From positions 218,488,001 through 218,552,000 of the forward strand of contig OZ024740.1 in NCBI GenBank assembly GCA_964016885.1: a stretch of 64,000 bases of DNA. The letters run 5' to 3'. Made by a program: the position numbers and the translations under genes. The notes beneath the pieces were generated by a model. That model was not told the origin of the DNA. It worked only from the letters and a program-made list of their open reading frames with translations, and did not search any database. This document shows, in pieces, positions 27,330 to 40,649 of the stretch. Every line of letters starts with the position of its first letter. The stretch's first letter is position 1. This DNA is from Eledone cirrhosa. Its lineage: Eukaryota.

Positions 27330-27425
27330 ACCCCGACGGCTGAGCTCAAGCCGTTTCGACGGCTAATTCTGGACTAAATGAAAGTGTTTATCCTGGTATA
27401 TGAATAGCCGAGCTTCTCAGGGGGT
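27330..27425 (-). ncRNA. Extended type I hammerhead with CUGAGAA core in inverted pLTR
   Basis: Minus strand ACCCC CTGAGAA GCT CGGCTA TTC..GAAT TAGCCG TC GAAA CGGCT TGAGCTC AGCCG TC GGGGT: GUC triplet, long stems II and III. Confidence 0.8.
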
Positions 27426-27500
27426 AATTCCATATATGGTAAAAGTGATTGTCACAAGGATTGGTCAAAAGTTTGTTGTTGAGACACATAATTCTATCAT

Positions 27501-28674
27501 AGGACTCCTTACCCTTAAAGGGTACAACCCCAGTAGTACAGACAGGGCCCGTAAACAATTAATCAGCTTCTTCCGCGACTGGGGATTTAAAATAACCCTA
27601 CAAACGTCCCTGACCCGAGTAAACTTCCTGGACGTTACCCTTGACCTCGATAATGATCTGTACTACCCATACAGAAAACCCAACGACAACCTGCACTACA
27701 TCCACCCCCGGTCAAACCATCCTAGGAACATCACCACTAACCTGGTTAAAAACATCTCCCTCCGCATATCTCGTTTGTCCGTTAATGAGCAGATATTCGA
27801 GGAACATGCGCCTTATTACAACCAGGCCCTCAAGCGGAGTGGTTTCCGGGAGGAAATATCCTACTGTCCAGCTTCCATTAGCGGAACCAGCAGGCGACAC
27901 CGCCGCTCACGCAATGTAACATGGTTCAATCCTCCCCACAACGCCGAGGTGACAACTCCTATCGGGATAATCTTCTTTAGGCTCATTGAAAAACACTTCC
28001 CACTACAACACCGCTACCACAACATAATTAACAAAAATACCATCAAACTCTCCTACAGCACCACACCAAACTTTGCACAAAACATCGTCTCCTCTAACAA
28101 CAAAAAACTCAACCCCTATGGAAGAAATAACCTAAATAGCAGTGGAGAGCCGTCCAGGACGTGCAACTGTCCTGATGGATCCATTTGCCCCCTCGACAAC
28201 AGATGCAGAGATCGTAATGTGATCTACCTGTGCAACGTGAGGACGGACACCTCCAACAAAGCTTATATAGGATTAACCGCATGTGACTTCAAAACTCGGC
28301 TATACCAACACAGACATACCTTCCGAAACCCGGCCCGGCGTCAAGCCACCACACTTTCGGGCCACATATGGGACCTCAAGGATAACAACATTACCTATGA
28401 TCTCACTTGGAGCTTACTGTCCAGAGCCAACTCTTACACGGGAGGACGCCGTCCGTGCAATTTATGCTCGGAGGAAACTTTACAAATGCTGTTTTCGACG
28501 GACCAACTCCTAAACAAGAAAGACGAACTGGTAACTGCATGCAAACACAGATTGCATAGGACTTACCTCGCCCTCAAACCCCATAATGACCGGGGTGTAG
28601 GGGGGGGGGTAGACAAGGGCTGTAACAGCCCACTTGCCGACTTTGTAATGGGTAACCCCTGCTTGCAAAGGTAG
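27501..28674 (+). pseudogene. Open 3' part of PLE pol (RT thumb + GIY-YIG); the first 33 codons of the listed ORF are inverted pLTR
   Basis: ORF 27400-28674 has no stops and carries GIY-YIG motifs (VIYLC..AYIG), but lacks the RT catalytic core. Confidence 0.9.
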
Positions 28675-29738
28675 ACGTAAGATATTCTTTTATATCTTTT
28701 TATCGCTTCCTCTATATTTCCTTCTTCCCCCCATCCCTTCCTAGTCCTTCCACCCCAGTCCTCCTTCTTTGTCGTCGTCCTTTTCTCCTTCTCGCCCACC
28801 CGAGGCAGCCCTCGGTCCTTTGTAGCCTCAGTACCCCCACCCCCATTCTATGATAGAATTGGCCGACTCCGCTTTTTATAGCAGATGTGATAGACCCCGG
28901 ATACCTGCTTTCTTATCCGATGGCTGCCCCATTTCCGTGCTTTCTACATTTCTTGGAGGTATCTTTGCTTTAATTTCTCGTATATCAGTATTTATTTGGG
29001 GGGGGGGGGGGGGGAGGATTCTGAATTAATTTTCCGTTTCAAATTTTTCATATACTTCGTACGTGCATTTATATAGTTTGCACTAGAATTTTTGTATCGT
29101 AGCGGCACCCTTAGAGATAGTATTAGTATTCATTTTCGGGATTCTGAATTATTATTTCGTATTAGTTTATGTTTTGCACTGGGTGGTTGCTGGCCTTGTG
29201 CCTAGGGTAGAAACAATTATTTCGTATAAGTCTCGGGACTCTGAATTATTATTTCGTGGTAGTTTCTTTAGTATTTTGGCCCCCCACTTGTTGATATGTC
29301 ACCGTAAGATATACTCGGTTGATTACTACTAACTCTTAAAATGGTCTCATTATAATTCCGTCCCACCTAGTAAACTTTTCTATAGTTTAGCAGTACCAGT
29401 GAGTCTTGATGACTGTCGTTAGGGAATAGTAACCAGAATTTGTTTTTTTTATACTTTTAACATTCTCGGTATTGTTCTATATATTTACCCCATATTGTTT
29501 TACTTATTGTTTCGACTTCCTCCCCCTCCCCCTCCCTAGTATACTTGCTTGACCTCCTTCCCTGTTGTAGTTGGCACTATCTACGCACGACTGAATTTCC
29601 TCCACCCCTCTCCCTCTTTCTTCTACTGGAAGGTTCAGCTACCCCTTCCTTCCACAAATTGCCATGATAGAATTATGTGTCTCAACAACAAACCTTTGAC
29701 CAATCCTTGTGACAATCACTTTTACCATATATGGAATT

Positions 29739-29834
29739 ACCCCCTGAGAAGCTCGGCTATTCATATACCAGGATAAACATTTTCATTTAGTCCAGAATTA
29801 GCCGTCCAAACGGCTTAAGCTCAGCCGTCGGGGT
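29739..29834 (+). ncRNA. Hammerhead in the 3' pLTR; GAAA box mutated to CAAA
   Basis: Same fold as 27330-27425, reading GCCGTC CAAA CGGCTTAAGCTCAGCCGTC GGGGT. Confidence 0.72.
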
Positions 29835-29925
29835 CCTACTGGTTCCTATTACCCACTCTACTACCCTAAGTATTGAGTACTTTGGTGCGTTATGGTCCAC
29901 TTGGTTCCTTACCACATTTCCTTCG

Positions 29926-29974
<49 letters not shown>

Positions 29975-30183
29975 TATATATATATGTGTGTGTATATATA
30001 CATATATACAAGTATATATTCATATATATATATATATATATGTACGTCAATACTCATCTTTTTCCATTTATCTGAGGGTTCTAAACCCCATTATCAGGCT
30101 AAAATTACTTTAGTCAAAAATACGGTGAAAGCTATATATTTTCTAATTTCAAAAGGTGCTCACTGCTTCAAAACATACTTACT

Positions 30184-30259
<76 letters not shown>

Positions 30260-30310
30260 GTATATATATATACAAGTATATATATGTGTGTGTGTGTATA
30301 TATATACAAG

Positions 30311-30342
<32 letters not shown>

Positions 30343-30470
30343 GGTGTGTATATATACAGGTATATATATATATATATATATACAAGTATATATATATATA
30401 CAAGGATATATATATAAACATATATTATATATATACAAGTATGTATGTATGTATGTATGTATGTATATAT

Positions 30471-31066
30471 GGTAACATGTATCCCAGTACAACCTGTCTC
30501 ATGGTCGGGTCGTTGACGACTAAACTGGCAACCCCACCAAGGTTTCTTGGTGAGGAGGGTGACTTTGGACATCCTGCAGGACTAAAAACAAAACTTGTCA
30601 AAGGGCAAAGGAGCTCTTAAAAGTCAATGGCCATCCAAAATCACCGGGAGAGATGACCCCTTAGCCTTTGTCAAGGCAGAATTCTAGGAGAAGGAAAACT
30701 CTGATATAACACCTGCAACCCTGATGGTATCCAATGATGTTGACTTGTTCTTCTTTTTGGTAAATATCATCTTGGTTAAGAGAGTGGGACTGGCTTTGTG
30801 CAGTGCCTTTGCTCACTATAAAAGCTTCATGGCACAGGTATTGCTTTATATCTGGAGATCTCTCTGCACTTGTCGGCACATGGTACCATGGGCCCCGCAC
30901 TATGTGTCAATAATTGTCACAAGTGTAGTGTTTGTACCAGAGTTTTCAAGTCGCTGGCTGGACTAAAAAGTCACACTTGTTCAGCGCATCGGTAGGGGTT
31001 CTCCTACATGGATATAAAGTAGTGGCCGTACTCGAAAACGAGTTGGCAGCCACCATGTATGTATGT
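30471..31066 (+). mobile_element. About 590-bp non-autonomous RTE-derived element (5'UTR-like part + 3' Zn-finger tail) ending in (ATGT)n
   Basis: Near-identical copies at 50073-50639 and 59838-60424 (minus). Contains CTAGGAGAAGGAAAACTCTG (RTE 5'UTR-like) and encodes CSVCTRVFKSLAGLKSH..AHR* near the 3' end. Confidence 0.8.
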
Positions 31067-31519
31067 ATTTATAGAAGCTCAATTTCTGAACCTTCTTTAA
31101 ACAACAGGCTGTGTTTGACGAGAGCGGGTTTGCGAGGTTAAAAAAAAGCAGAGAACAAATACTCTTATGTTGAAAGTTATCTAAAATATCACTAGAGACT
31201 CTAGGAAAACATGGAGTAAGATGATATTAGAGAATTGTCATTTTGAATCAACACTTAGGATAAGGCTGAAAAACTCGGGTGTGAATCTAACACAATGTAA
31301 GCTGACCCAGGTGGATAACAAACCCAGAATATATTGTCAGCAACATGTTCTTCATAATCGATAGTATCGCAGTTATCACTTAGATACGTTATAAAAAATA
31401 TATGATGGCAAATATTGGAAAATTAATACCTTGTCACTTTGAATCAACACTTTGGGTATGCCTGAAAACTTCGTAGCAAATCACTCACATGGCTAACAGA
31501 ACTAGAGGAAATTATTAAT

Positions 31520-32130
31520 GACATACACAGCACTTAGGTCACAAACTATCATCAAATAACAATGGAATGGTTGCTGCGCAGTATCGCATCGCTCTAGGTT
31601 GGGCAGCTTTCAATAAGAACAAGGAAGTACTAACATCAAAACGAGTTTCCTATCATTTGAAGGCTAAGATCTTTGATACTTACATCCTACCAGTTGTGTT
31701 ATATGGTCTTGACTGCGTTAAGTGGATGACAAGGTTACTTCAGAAGCTCTCTACATTCCAGAATCACATCATGAGACTTATGACAATCAAGCAGCTCAGC
31801 GACCGTATCTGTATCAGTGAGCTGCTCAACATTACCAGACTTAGACCAATTACATCAATTGTCAAGTCAAGAGTACTCAAACTATACGGTCATATAAAAA
31901 GATCAACTCGTGGTGTGAGTAGGTTATGCCTGGAAGGATGGTGTGAGTAGGTTATGTCTGGAAGGAAGGTTGGCTGGTAAGAGAAACAGAGACCGGCAGC
32001 CAAAACGATGGCTTGACAATATCAATTCATGGATTGGACTTGATCTTTGCTCTTTGAATTCTGCTGTTGGTGATCGAACTTTGTGGAGAGAGATATAACA
32101 TGTTAATGCGCAGTCTGCAACTGGCGGAGT
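31520..32130 (+). mobile_element. RTE-type LINE 3' fragment
   Basis: HLGHKLS..RIALGWAAF..KAKIFDTYILPVVLYG..LKLYGHIKR..EGRLAGKRNRDRQPKRW. Confidence 0.85.
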
Positions 32131-33615
32131 TTAGCATCACAAGAGACAGCACTTAGACATTATTAGAAGGTGACTAAAACATTTCCATCGATAAATTGAT
32201 ACTGATTGAATCTCTTAAATCCGACAATTTATTGCCCGGCACGTTTTGAATTTCTAGAGTTGATAATGGTTTTTAATTGAGGCATAAGGCCAGCAATTTC
32301 GTCGGGAGAAGAAAGTTGATTAAATCTTAATTGGTTCTTTATTTTATCGACCCCGGAACGAAGAAAGGCTTCGGTGGGATTTGAACTTAGAATGTAAAAG
32401 TCCATAACTAAATGCTGCAAAATGTTTTGTCCATTACACCAACTATGTCAATTTTTACTGTTACTAATTGTTTCTAACATAGGCCAGGGTGAAAGTCGAT
32501 TAAATCGACTCCAATACATTACGGGTACTATATTTTATCAAATTTCTGGAAGGATGTAAGGCAAAAGTTGACCAGGGCAGAATTGGAACATAGACGGCTA
32601 TAACTAAATACCGTAAAGCATTTTGTTCGACGTTCTAACGATTCTAACGATCCGCTGTCCTGTTAATAATGAAAGAATCGGAAAAAATAGAAAAAGGTAT
32701 TGGATAATAAAATCCTTGTTTGGCGGCAGAATTGGTAGAGCATCGGACGAAATACTTTGCAGCATATAATTACGATCCTTTACGTTCTGAGTTCAAATCC
32801 CGTCGAGGTAAGCTTTACCTTTCATCCGTACGGGTCGATAAAATAAAGTACCAGTAATGTACTGGGTCGATTTAATCGACTTTGCCCTCCGCCTCCAAAT
32901 TGCTGGCCTTGTACCAAAAGTAGAAACAATTATTTCCTGTTTAAGCTTTGTGCTAGTTTTGGTAAAACATCAATATATGCGTGAAATGGCAAGACTACAT
33001 TTACACAAGGGCTCCTCTTAGGATAGGGGTAACTTTAAATCCTGAATTTAAAACTTTGAGTGAGAAACCCTTTAATCGAAAACGATTGCATCATAAACTA
33101 CAAGTTAGCTTCTAATCTAAAAACTGCATATAGGCGGCAAATTAGCAGAGCCGTTACAGCGTAGAGTAAAATGCTTTGCGGTATTTGTCTTAGCTCTCAT
33201 TGTCTTGAATTCGGGTTAGGTACTCTGTTTGAAGATACCTTCCTCTCTCCTATCCAGCAGTCATGGAGGCTTTTCAATGACTGAACTAATTGAACTCATA
33301 GTTTGTGTATCTTTCATCGATGTATCACTTTCGAACAAAATACCTTGTTGTATTTATTGAACTCGGGTTGTAATTTCTCACTCTCACCATGTAGTGAAAC
33401 CTGTAACTAATGACGCTATTGTTCACAAAATATATAAAAAGAAATACATAGACCCAGGCATTGCTGTAAGGTTACAGAGTTCACTCCGCAACCTGGTGGT
33501 TTGGGGTTCTGTTCTGTTGCGTGGAACTTTGGGTAAGTGTCTTCTGCTATAACCTTGATGCCCGGTGCCATGACAGTAAAATTTGGTTGAAGGAAAATAC
33601 ACGGAAGGTCATCAT

Positions 33616-33668
<53 letters not shown>

Positions 33669-33752
33669 TAGACCTGCTTTTTCTCAAAGAATTTGTTTTT
33701 TTTCGTTTTTGCCACTTCTCACTTTCTATTTCTTCTTTAATTTCTCATTCTA

Positions 33753-33788
33753 TTTTCTGATGAAGGACTAGCATCCGAAACGTTAAGA
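33753..33788 (+). ncRNA. Minimal hammerhead motif in pLTR remnant (about 33665-33845)
   Basis: TTTT CTGATGA AGGACTAGCATCC GAAACGTT AAGA; stem I is weak. Lies between two (TA)n tracts. A related remnant lies at about 58875-58965 on the minus strand. Confidence 0.7.
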
Positions 33789-33841
33789 CTCTTTTTCTAC
33801 TATATCAAAACTAACATATTCCTTCATTGTACTGTGTCGTT

Positions 33842-33902
<61 letters not shown>

Positions 33903-33904
<2 letters not shown>

Positions 33905-34214
33905 ATTAATAAATGGAAACTATATTTATAAAACCATATTTATTCTATTATATATATTTCAAGGGTACCAAAACTTTGGTAAGCTCTCATCAGATAAAAT
34001 ACAAAATTTGTTTTATAAATAGTGACATACCCAGGAATCAGACCTTAATAGTTCAGGTTCTGTTTGAAATATATATAATAGAATAAATATGGTTTTATAA
34101 ATATAGTTTCCATTTATTAATATCATTGATATTATCCTCCAGAAAATCTGTCGAGTGCTTCGAATCTGTTATAAATATATTTGTAAAATTACCAACAAAT
34201 TAAATATCTCTTTG

Positions 34215-34218
<4 letters not shown>
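33903..34218. mobile_element. Inverted-plus-direct pLTR remnant in (TA)n; relative at 54181-54440
   Basis: 33905-33962 is the reverse complement of about 34064-34121. The same architecture and homologous sequence occur at 54181-54440. Confidence 0.8.
33941..34001 (-). ncRNA. Type I hammerhead ribozyme motif
   Basis: Minus strand TATTTTAT CTGATGA GAGCTTACCAAAGTTTTGGTACCCTT GAAA TATATA TA ATAGAATA. Confidence 0.85.
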
Positions 34219-34273
<55 letters not shown>

Positions 34274-34431
34274 TTTTTGAATTTGTTTTGCGAGATTTCT
34301 TATCTGAAAACGTGTGTTGAAACAGATATTGTTATACTTTGGGAGGGTCATGGTGCCAATAAAAATACACGCACCTGTTGGTTTTCAGTTAAATTTATAT
34401 AAGTTTCCGGTTGGTTGGTTGTTTATATATT

Positions 34432-34474
34432 GTCAAAGTTCTTTCGTCACACATTCTGTGACCTCCTCAGTGAC
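34432..34474 (-). ncRNA. Minimal type I hammerhead
   Basis: Minus strand GTCA CTGAGGA G GTCACA GAATG TGTGAC GAAA GAAC TT TGAC. Confidence 0.82.
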
Positions 34475-34941
34475 TAGGTTTTTATTTTGTGTCTCTCCTT
34501 TGTTCCGTCCTTCACCTTCTTATTTTTGTGTGTATATACATATACATATACATTTACATATATAACGCATGCGGGGAGTATGTGCTTGTTTACACTCCGT
34601 TACTTACAAAATGCGATTTATGAAATAAGTACTGTGTCGGTATGATTGATTCAATCCTTTCAAGACGTGCCCCAGCATGGCCGCAGTCTAATGTCTGAAT
34701 GAGTGAAAGAATAAACTGACTAGTGAAATGTACTTTACTCTAAATACTGTAAAGCACTCAAGGTTTTACTTAATAATCTCTGTCATCATGGACGACATGG
34801 TTAGATTTCAAACATTAAAAATATTATTGATTTTTTTGGTTATATATTCACAAACATGTTTGAGTGTGTACTGCGTTTATATTATAGAACAAAACATAAA
34901 TCTCTTTAAATTATGTCTAGTCTTCCATATATTATTGTCAC

Positions 34942-34983
<42 letters not shown>

Positions 34984-34986
<3 letters not shown>

Positions 34987-35082
34987 GATGTCCCCAAAAA
35001 ATGAATACTCTTCAACAGCATTCTAATAAATATTGCCTGTACAGGTAATCAAAGTGTGTATACATCTTTTAGGGATATCCTG
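34984..35082. mobile_element. About 100-bp Tc1/mariner-type MITE in TA repeats; copies at 56039-56138 and partial at 22221-22272
   Basis: TIRs CAGG(G/A)TGTCCC..; TA flanks; shared internal sequence. Confidence 0.8.
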
Positions 35083-35106
35083 TATATGTGTGTGTTTGTG
35101 TGTGTG

Positions 35107-35145
<39 letters not shown>

Positions 35146-35447
35146 GGGGGAGGTTTAGAAATATTAAATAAAATTTTCGTTTTTACTGCTTATTCAAACA
35201 TAATCTCTCGTGGATATGAGTAAGCTATAATTGGCTTAAGAGGTGGAGTTGTAGCGGTGGTGCTTTTTAAATCATGGTGGAACCCATCCCTCTCCATGTC
35301 GAAACACAGTCAATTTCTTCAGAGAGGAAGAAAATTGACTTTAGTATTGGTACTTTATTTATCGACCGCAAAAGAATGAAAAGCACAGTTGAACTCGGCG
35401 TGATTCGAACTGAAACAAATACTAAGGCATTATTAAAAGGAAAGGGA

Positions 35448-35636
35448 GGTGGATTAACAGTATCGGTAGAGGGTCGGACGCCATGCTTTGACGCATAGAG
35501 TTACGGCCCTTGCCATTCTGAGTTCAAATCCCGCCGAGGTTAACTTTGCCTTTCATCCTTACGAGGTCGATAAAATAAAGTACCAGTAATGCACTGGGTA
35601 ATTGCTGGCCTTGTGCCAAAAGTAGAAACAATTATT
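35448..35636 (+). mobile_element. Full-length copy of the same SINE family (representative)
   Basis: Further copies at about 11036-11183(-), 24780-24910(-), 25180-25310(+), 32270-32660(-, two), 32720-32933(+), 35320-35430(-), 42850-43205(+, two), 44975-45320(+, two), 46436-46895 (three), 51600-51720(-), 52212-52365(+), 54660-55160(-). Confidence 0.88.
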
Positions 35637-36350
35637 AAAAGGAAAGGGTCATGGTATTAAACTTTATTCCTAACGTAATAGACTAAATAAATAATTCCTG
35701 TAAGTTTATATAGATTTATTCAATATTCGGAATACTGATCGTTTATAAGCATGTTATTAAAATGTTTGTTAGTAATCAGTAAGTTAGTTATTTTCTAGGC
35801 CTGGAGGAAGGGACTGTGTCCATGAACTTTGCAGTTCCTCCGAGGCCGATGAGATTGAAGTTTTGATGTTGATATATCAATATAAATAAGGAAGGAGCGC
35901 GAGACTTTGTCCCGAATATATTCTTTTATCACGTTAGTAAAATAAGTTGGATTACTTTGAATAAATAATGAATGAATATTACATAATTTATCTAATATAT
36001 AATGATTGCTTATTTTAAGATTCACTTCTTAAGCGGTTAGCGTCCGTACGCTATATCACATCGCTTATATAAACGTTCTTATATTTGCACCGTTATATAA
36101 GGTTTGTATTTCCGTCGCTAATTTTCTCCTTTTTCGTTTTCATTACATTTCACCGTAATACAGTTTATATATAATATCGTCTTTACCGATTACAGAAGAT
36201 AGTGTAACACAGTCTCTCTTTAATTTATGTGCATATTGTCAATTACGATTTTATTTGATATATCATATCTACATGCATGTATATTTGCATATAACATCAA
36301 TATGCACAGAACACTTGCTAGTTTTTTTTGCTAGTATATAAAATGACTTT

Positions 36351-36437
<87 letters not shown>

Positions 36438-36586
36438 CGGAACAAGCAAACATTAAACAATCTTTTAAATTAATTAAAATACGATTTAAATATTCACCTG
36501 TTCAAATTAGTACCACTGAACAACAATTATTATAGACACCATATATATTTCCGTAGGTACTTGGTGCCTGTTGGAATATTTATTTC

Positions 36587-36693
<107 letters not shown>

Positions 36694-38670
36694 ATTTATA
36701 TATTCAGAAGAAAAGCAATGGCTCGAAACTACTGTATCAAGTAAGAAAATTTTGTTTAAAAAGAATGTTTCATTTAAACATATATTCACTGAACCCTTTC
36801 ACATTTAAGCATGCGATGTATATGTGTACACACACACACACACACACACACACATATTGCTCACTTTCATTTATTATCTACATGAATATCTATGTCTTAG
36901 TCTTTGTCTATGTATCTATGTATCTATCTATCTAACAAGCTAGCTATCAACTTATAATTTTCACCCTACCTTACGAAGTATAAATGTAGAGTTGTATGTG
37001 TGTACATTATGTAAGTACCTTTTCGTTTCTCAACTGTGGCGCCTAGTGCAAGATGCGCCTAATTACCGGGCTGTCTGTGCTTGTTGACAGCTAAAACCAC
37101 CACCACCATGTGACAGTAGCAAAGACAAAAAGAAATGTTTAAAACATAATGTTAGCAAAAAAATAAATTCTTTAGACTATTTCCTTGGGCGAAGGTGCGT
37201 ACTTTAGTGGTTAGGGTGTTCAACTAATGGTCATGTGTTCAATATCCGGCGGCGAGTTTTGTTAGGTAATAAGATACTTTTACGTTGCTTCGATCCCTCA
37301 TCTGACAAAATTGTGTTGTACCTGCAATTTAAAGAGCTCGCATTGACACAAAGTGAACCACGCTGAATGTCAACGAGAACTACGATGTTGATATACATTT
37401 CTGCGCCTTAATTTCACTAGCAGGTTCTTCTGTTGACCGTATCGACTGGAACACTCGTCGTTGAAAACGATGGACGTCCAAAAACACTTTTCTGAACAAA
37501 TGAGAAGTCGTTGATGTTATTGTTGTTGTTTAATTCTAGGTTGACTCTGATCTTGACAGCCGATCTTGTTAACCCGATATCTTTTCAGCCATTGTTTAAA
37601 TTTGACTTCTGTATACACTATGTATGTATGTATGTATGTATGTATGTATGTATTAATAATATGTGTGTGTGTGTGTTTTAGATAGTAAAGTGTGATTTAA
37701 GGAAGATTTGTTAATAATCTCTAGCAAGCTGAGCAGCGACGTTTAGATTTAATAACGTGATTATTATTGTTCTACTTTCAGCCCTAAAGTCATGGGCATC
37801 CTGTGGCTCGTTTGGCTTTCTCAATGGCAAGCTTAATTTCAAAATTGCCTTGAATCTTTTAATAACCTTATAATGAGCCACGTCCTATGCGGCCCAGTGC
37901 TCGAAAAGGGTTGCCCATGCATGGTCAAACTTAAACCGTTCACATACATACATACATACACACATGATGATGGCTGCCCCCTTGTACAATATATCATTAT
38001 TAATAATTATTAATTAATTCTATCGTGCAATGCCTGTGCGTGAAGATTTTTTTTAAAGTGAGGAAAGACTGTGCACTGAGCCAATCCCACTCTCTCAGAG
38101 ACAGTAGCTATAACCCGAAAAGAAGAAAAGATCAACATCATCGGATATTACTGAGCCGCGGGTTTTATATCGGAGTTATCCCAGTTTCCTGAGTTGCCTT
38201 CTCCTAGAAGAATGCCCTGAGAAAGGCTAGGGGTCCTACACTCCCAGTGGTTTAACCGCGCGATCGGGTATCCAGCCCGACTATTTCTATGTCCCCATAC
38301 ATACATACTTACATATAACTCAAAACATACGGATCCATACTTACAATAACATCCATACCAGCACACACACATATACAAACACTGAAGCATGCAGACATAC
38401 AGACATATTTACCTAGTTGATGTTGTCTAAACTCCAATGAAAGCCTTGTTTATGTTAAAAACCGGCTCTCTCTCTCTCTATTGGTAAATATTTATAAAAT
38501 AATGAAAGCAGAAGAACATACATACATACATACATACATACATACATACATACATACATACATACATACGTACGTACGTACGTACGTACGTACGTACGTA
38601 CGTACGTACATACATACATACATACATACATACATACATACATACATACATACATACATACATACATACA

Positions 38671-38703
<33 letters not shown>

Positions 38704-38856
38704 GCATACATACGTACCCACACTCAAGCGTGAGTGAATGTGTTTATGTGGTTATGTATGCATATATGTACTAATTTATCTCAGATGTCATTGATGTTGC
38801 ACATTTAAGAGCGTGTTTCAGCAAACAAGTGCTCATAATTCACTGTATATGCGCAC

Positions 38857-38915
<59 letters not shown>

Positions 38916-39038
38916 GGAGGTGAGTTTTATTGTAGTACAATAAAGCAATGCAGATATCGGATAAGAAGCATTCTACAGTTTGTAGGACTGGAGTATACAT
39001 AATATATAAGATCAAAAGATGGTTAAAAGAGTTCCATG

Positions 39039-39109
39039 TATTTTATTATGCGCATTTCAAAAACAAATATCATCATGCAATAACATTTGTGTTTTCATCA
39101 GATAAAATA
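39039..39109 (-). ncRNA. Type I hammerhead (left arm of palindrome)
   Basis: Reverse complement of 39245-39315. Confidence 0.88.
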
Positions 39110-39244
39110 GGGAGACATGATATGAAGGTTAAAATACACTTGTGAATAGTGCAGTTGATTTAAAATACACTTGTGAATAGTGCATATGTTGATTTAAAAC
39201 TGCACTATTCACAAGTGTATTTTAACCTTCATATCATGTCTTCC

Positions 39245-39315
39245 TATTTTATCTGATGAAAACACAAATGTTATTGCATGATGATATTTGTTTTTGAAAT
39301 GCGCATAATAAAATA
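39245..39315 (+). ncRNA. Type I hammerhead (right arm of palindrome)
   Basis: TATTTTAT CTGATGA AAACACAAATGTTATTGCATGATGATATTTGTTTTT GAAA TGCGCA TA ATAAAATA: 8-bp stem I, long stem II, palindromic ATGCGCAT. Confidence 0.9.
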
Positions 39316-39345
39316 CATGGAACTCTTTTTACCATCTTTTGATCT

Positions 39346-39405
<60 letters not shown>

Positions 39406-39645
39406 GTATGTATGTTTGTGTATATATATATATGTATGTATGTTTGTATATATATATATATGTATGTATGTTTGTATATATAGATATATATGTGTGTATA
39501 TTTGTATAATGTATATATATATATATGTATGTATGTTTGTATATGTATATATATATATGTATGTATGTTTGTATATGTATATATATATATGTATGTATGT
39601 TTGTATATGTATATATATATATATATGTATGTATGTTTGTATATG

Positions 39646-39676
<31 letters not shown>

Positions 39677-40123
39677 GTATATGTTTGTATATGTATATAT
39701 GTGTGTGTATATATATATACATATATATATATGTATGTATGTTTGTATATGTATATATGTGTGTATAGATATACGTATATATATATATGTATGTATGTAT
39801 GTTTGTATATGTATATATATGTGTGTATATATATACGTATATATATATATATGTATGTATGTTTGTATATGTATATATATATATACGTATATATATATAT
39901 ATGTATGTATGTTTGTATATGTATATTTGTATATGTATATATATATATATATGTATATATATAAATATGTATGTATGTTTGTATATGTATATTTGTATAT
40001 GTATATATATATATATATGTATATATATATGTATGTATGTATGTTTGTATATGTGTATATATATGTGTATATATATGTATATATATATGTATGTATGTGT
40101 GTTTGCATATCTATATATATGTA

Positions 40124-40166
<43 letters not shown>

Positions 40167-40504
40167 ATGTATGTTTGTATATATATATGTGTGTGTATAT
40201 ATGTATATATATATATATGTGTGTGTATATATGTATATATATGTGTGTGTGTGTGTATATATGTATATATATATATATATGTGTGTGTGTATGTGTGTAT
40301 ATGTATATATATATATATGTACATATATATATGTATATATATGTGTGTGTATATATATATGTATATTTATATATGTATATGTATGTATATATGTTTGTAT
40401 ATATATATAAATATATATATATATACAAACTAAATATAAATATATATGTATATTTATATACATATATATGTGTGTATATGTATGTATATATGTGTGTATA
40501 TATA

Positions 40505-40546
<42 letters not shown>

Positions 40547-40615
40547 CAGCATAGAAACACCTAAGCACATTAACTTTAGATGCACAATTAGTTTATATGT
40601 AGGTAGGTATGTATG

Positions 40616-40649
<34 letters not shown>

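Larger units (their letters stand above)
27318..29928 (+). mobile_element. Penelope-like retroelement, 5'-truncated, with inverted partial pLTR at the 5' end (27318-27500) and 3' pLTR (about 29560-29928), flanked by (TA)n
   Basis: 27318-27500 is the reverse complement of about 29666-29847. Coding sequence starts at about 27501, just after the expected YRDD motif (GLLTLKG..VNFLDVTLDL..YYPYRKPN), continues WFNPP, CNCPDGSICPLDNRC, VIY..YIGLT..FKTRLYQH, CNLC. Confidence 0.95.
38912..39352. mobile_element. Palindromic non-coding derivative of the pLTR of the 1550-4635 PLE
   Basis: Right arm matches about 4376-4545; left arm is the reverse complement of about 4385-4635; flanked by (TA)n. Confidence 0.92.

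Noticed and set aside
27400-27500. ATG and N-terminus of the 424-aa ORF as a real start
   Set aside because: This part is inverted pLTR fused in frame by chance; the RT core is missing.
30661-30966. Repeated 79-80 aa ORFs (also at 50161 and 59927) as a small gene family
   Set aside because: They are identical only because they lie within copies of one young non-autonomous retroelement.
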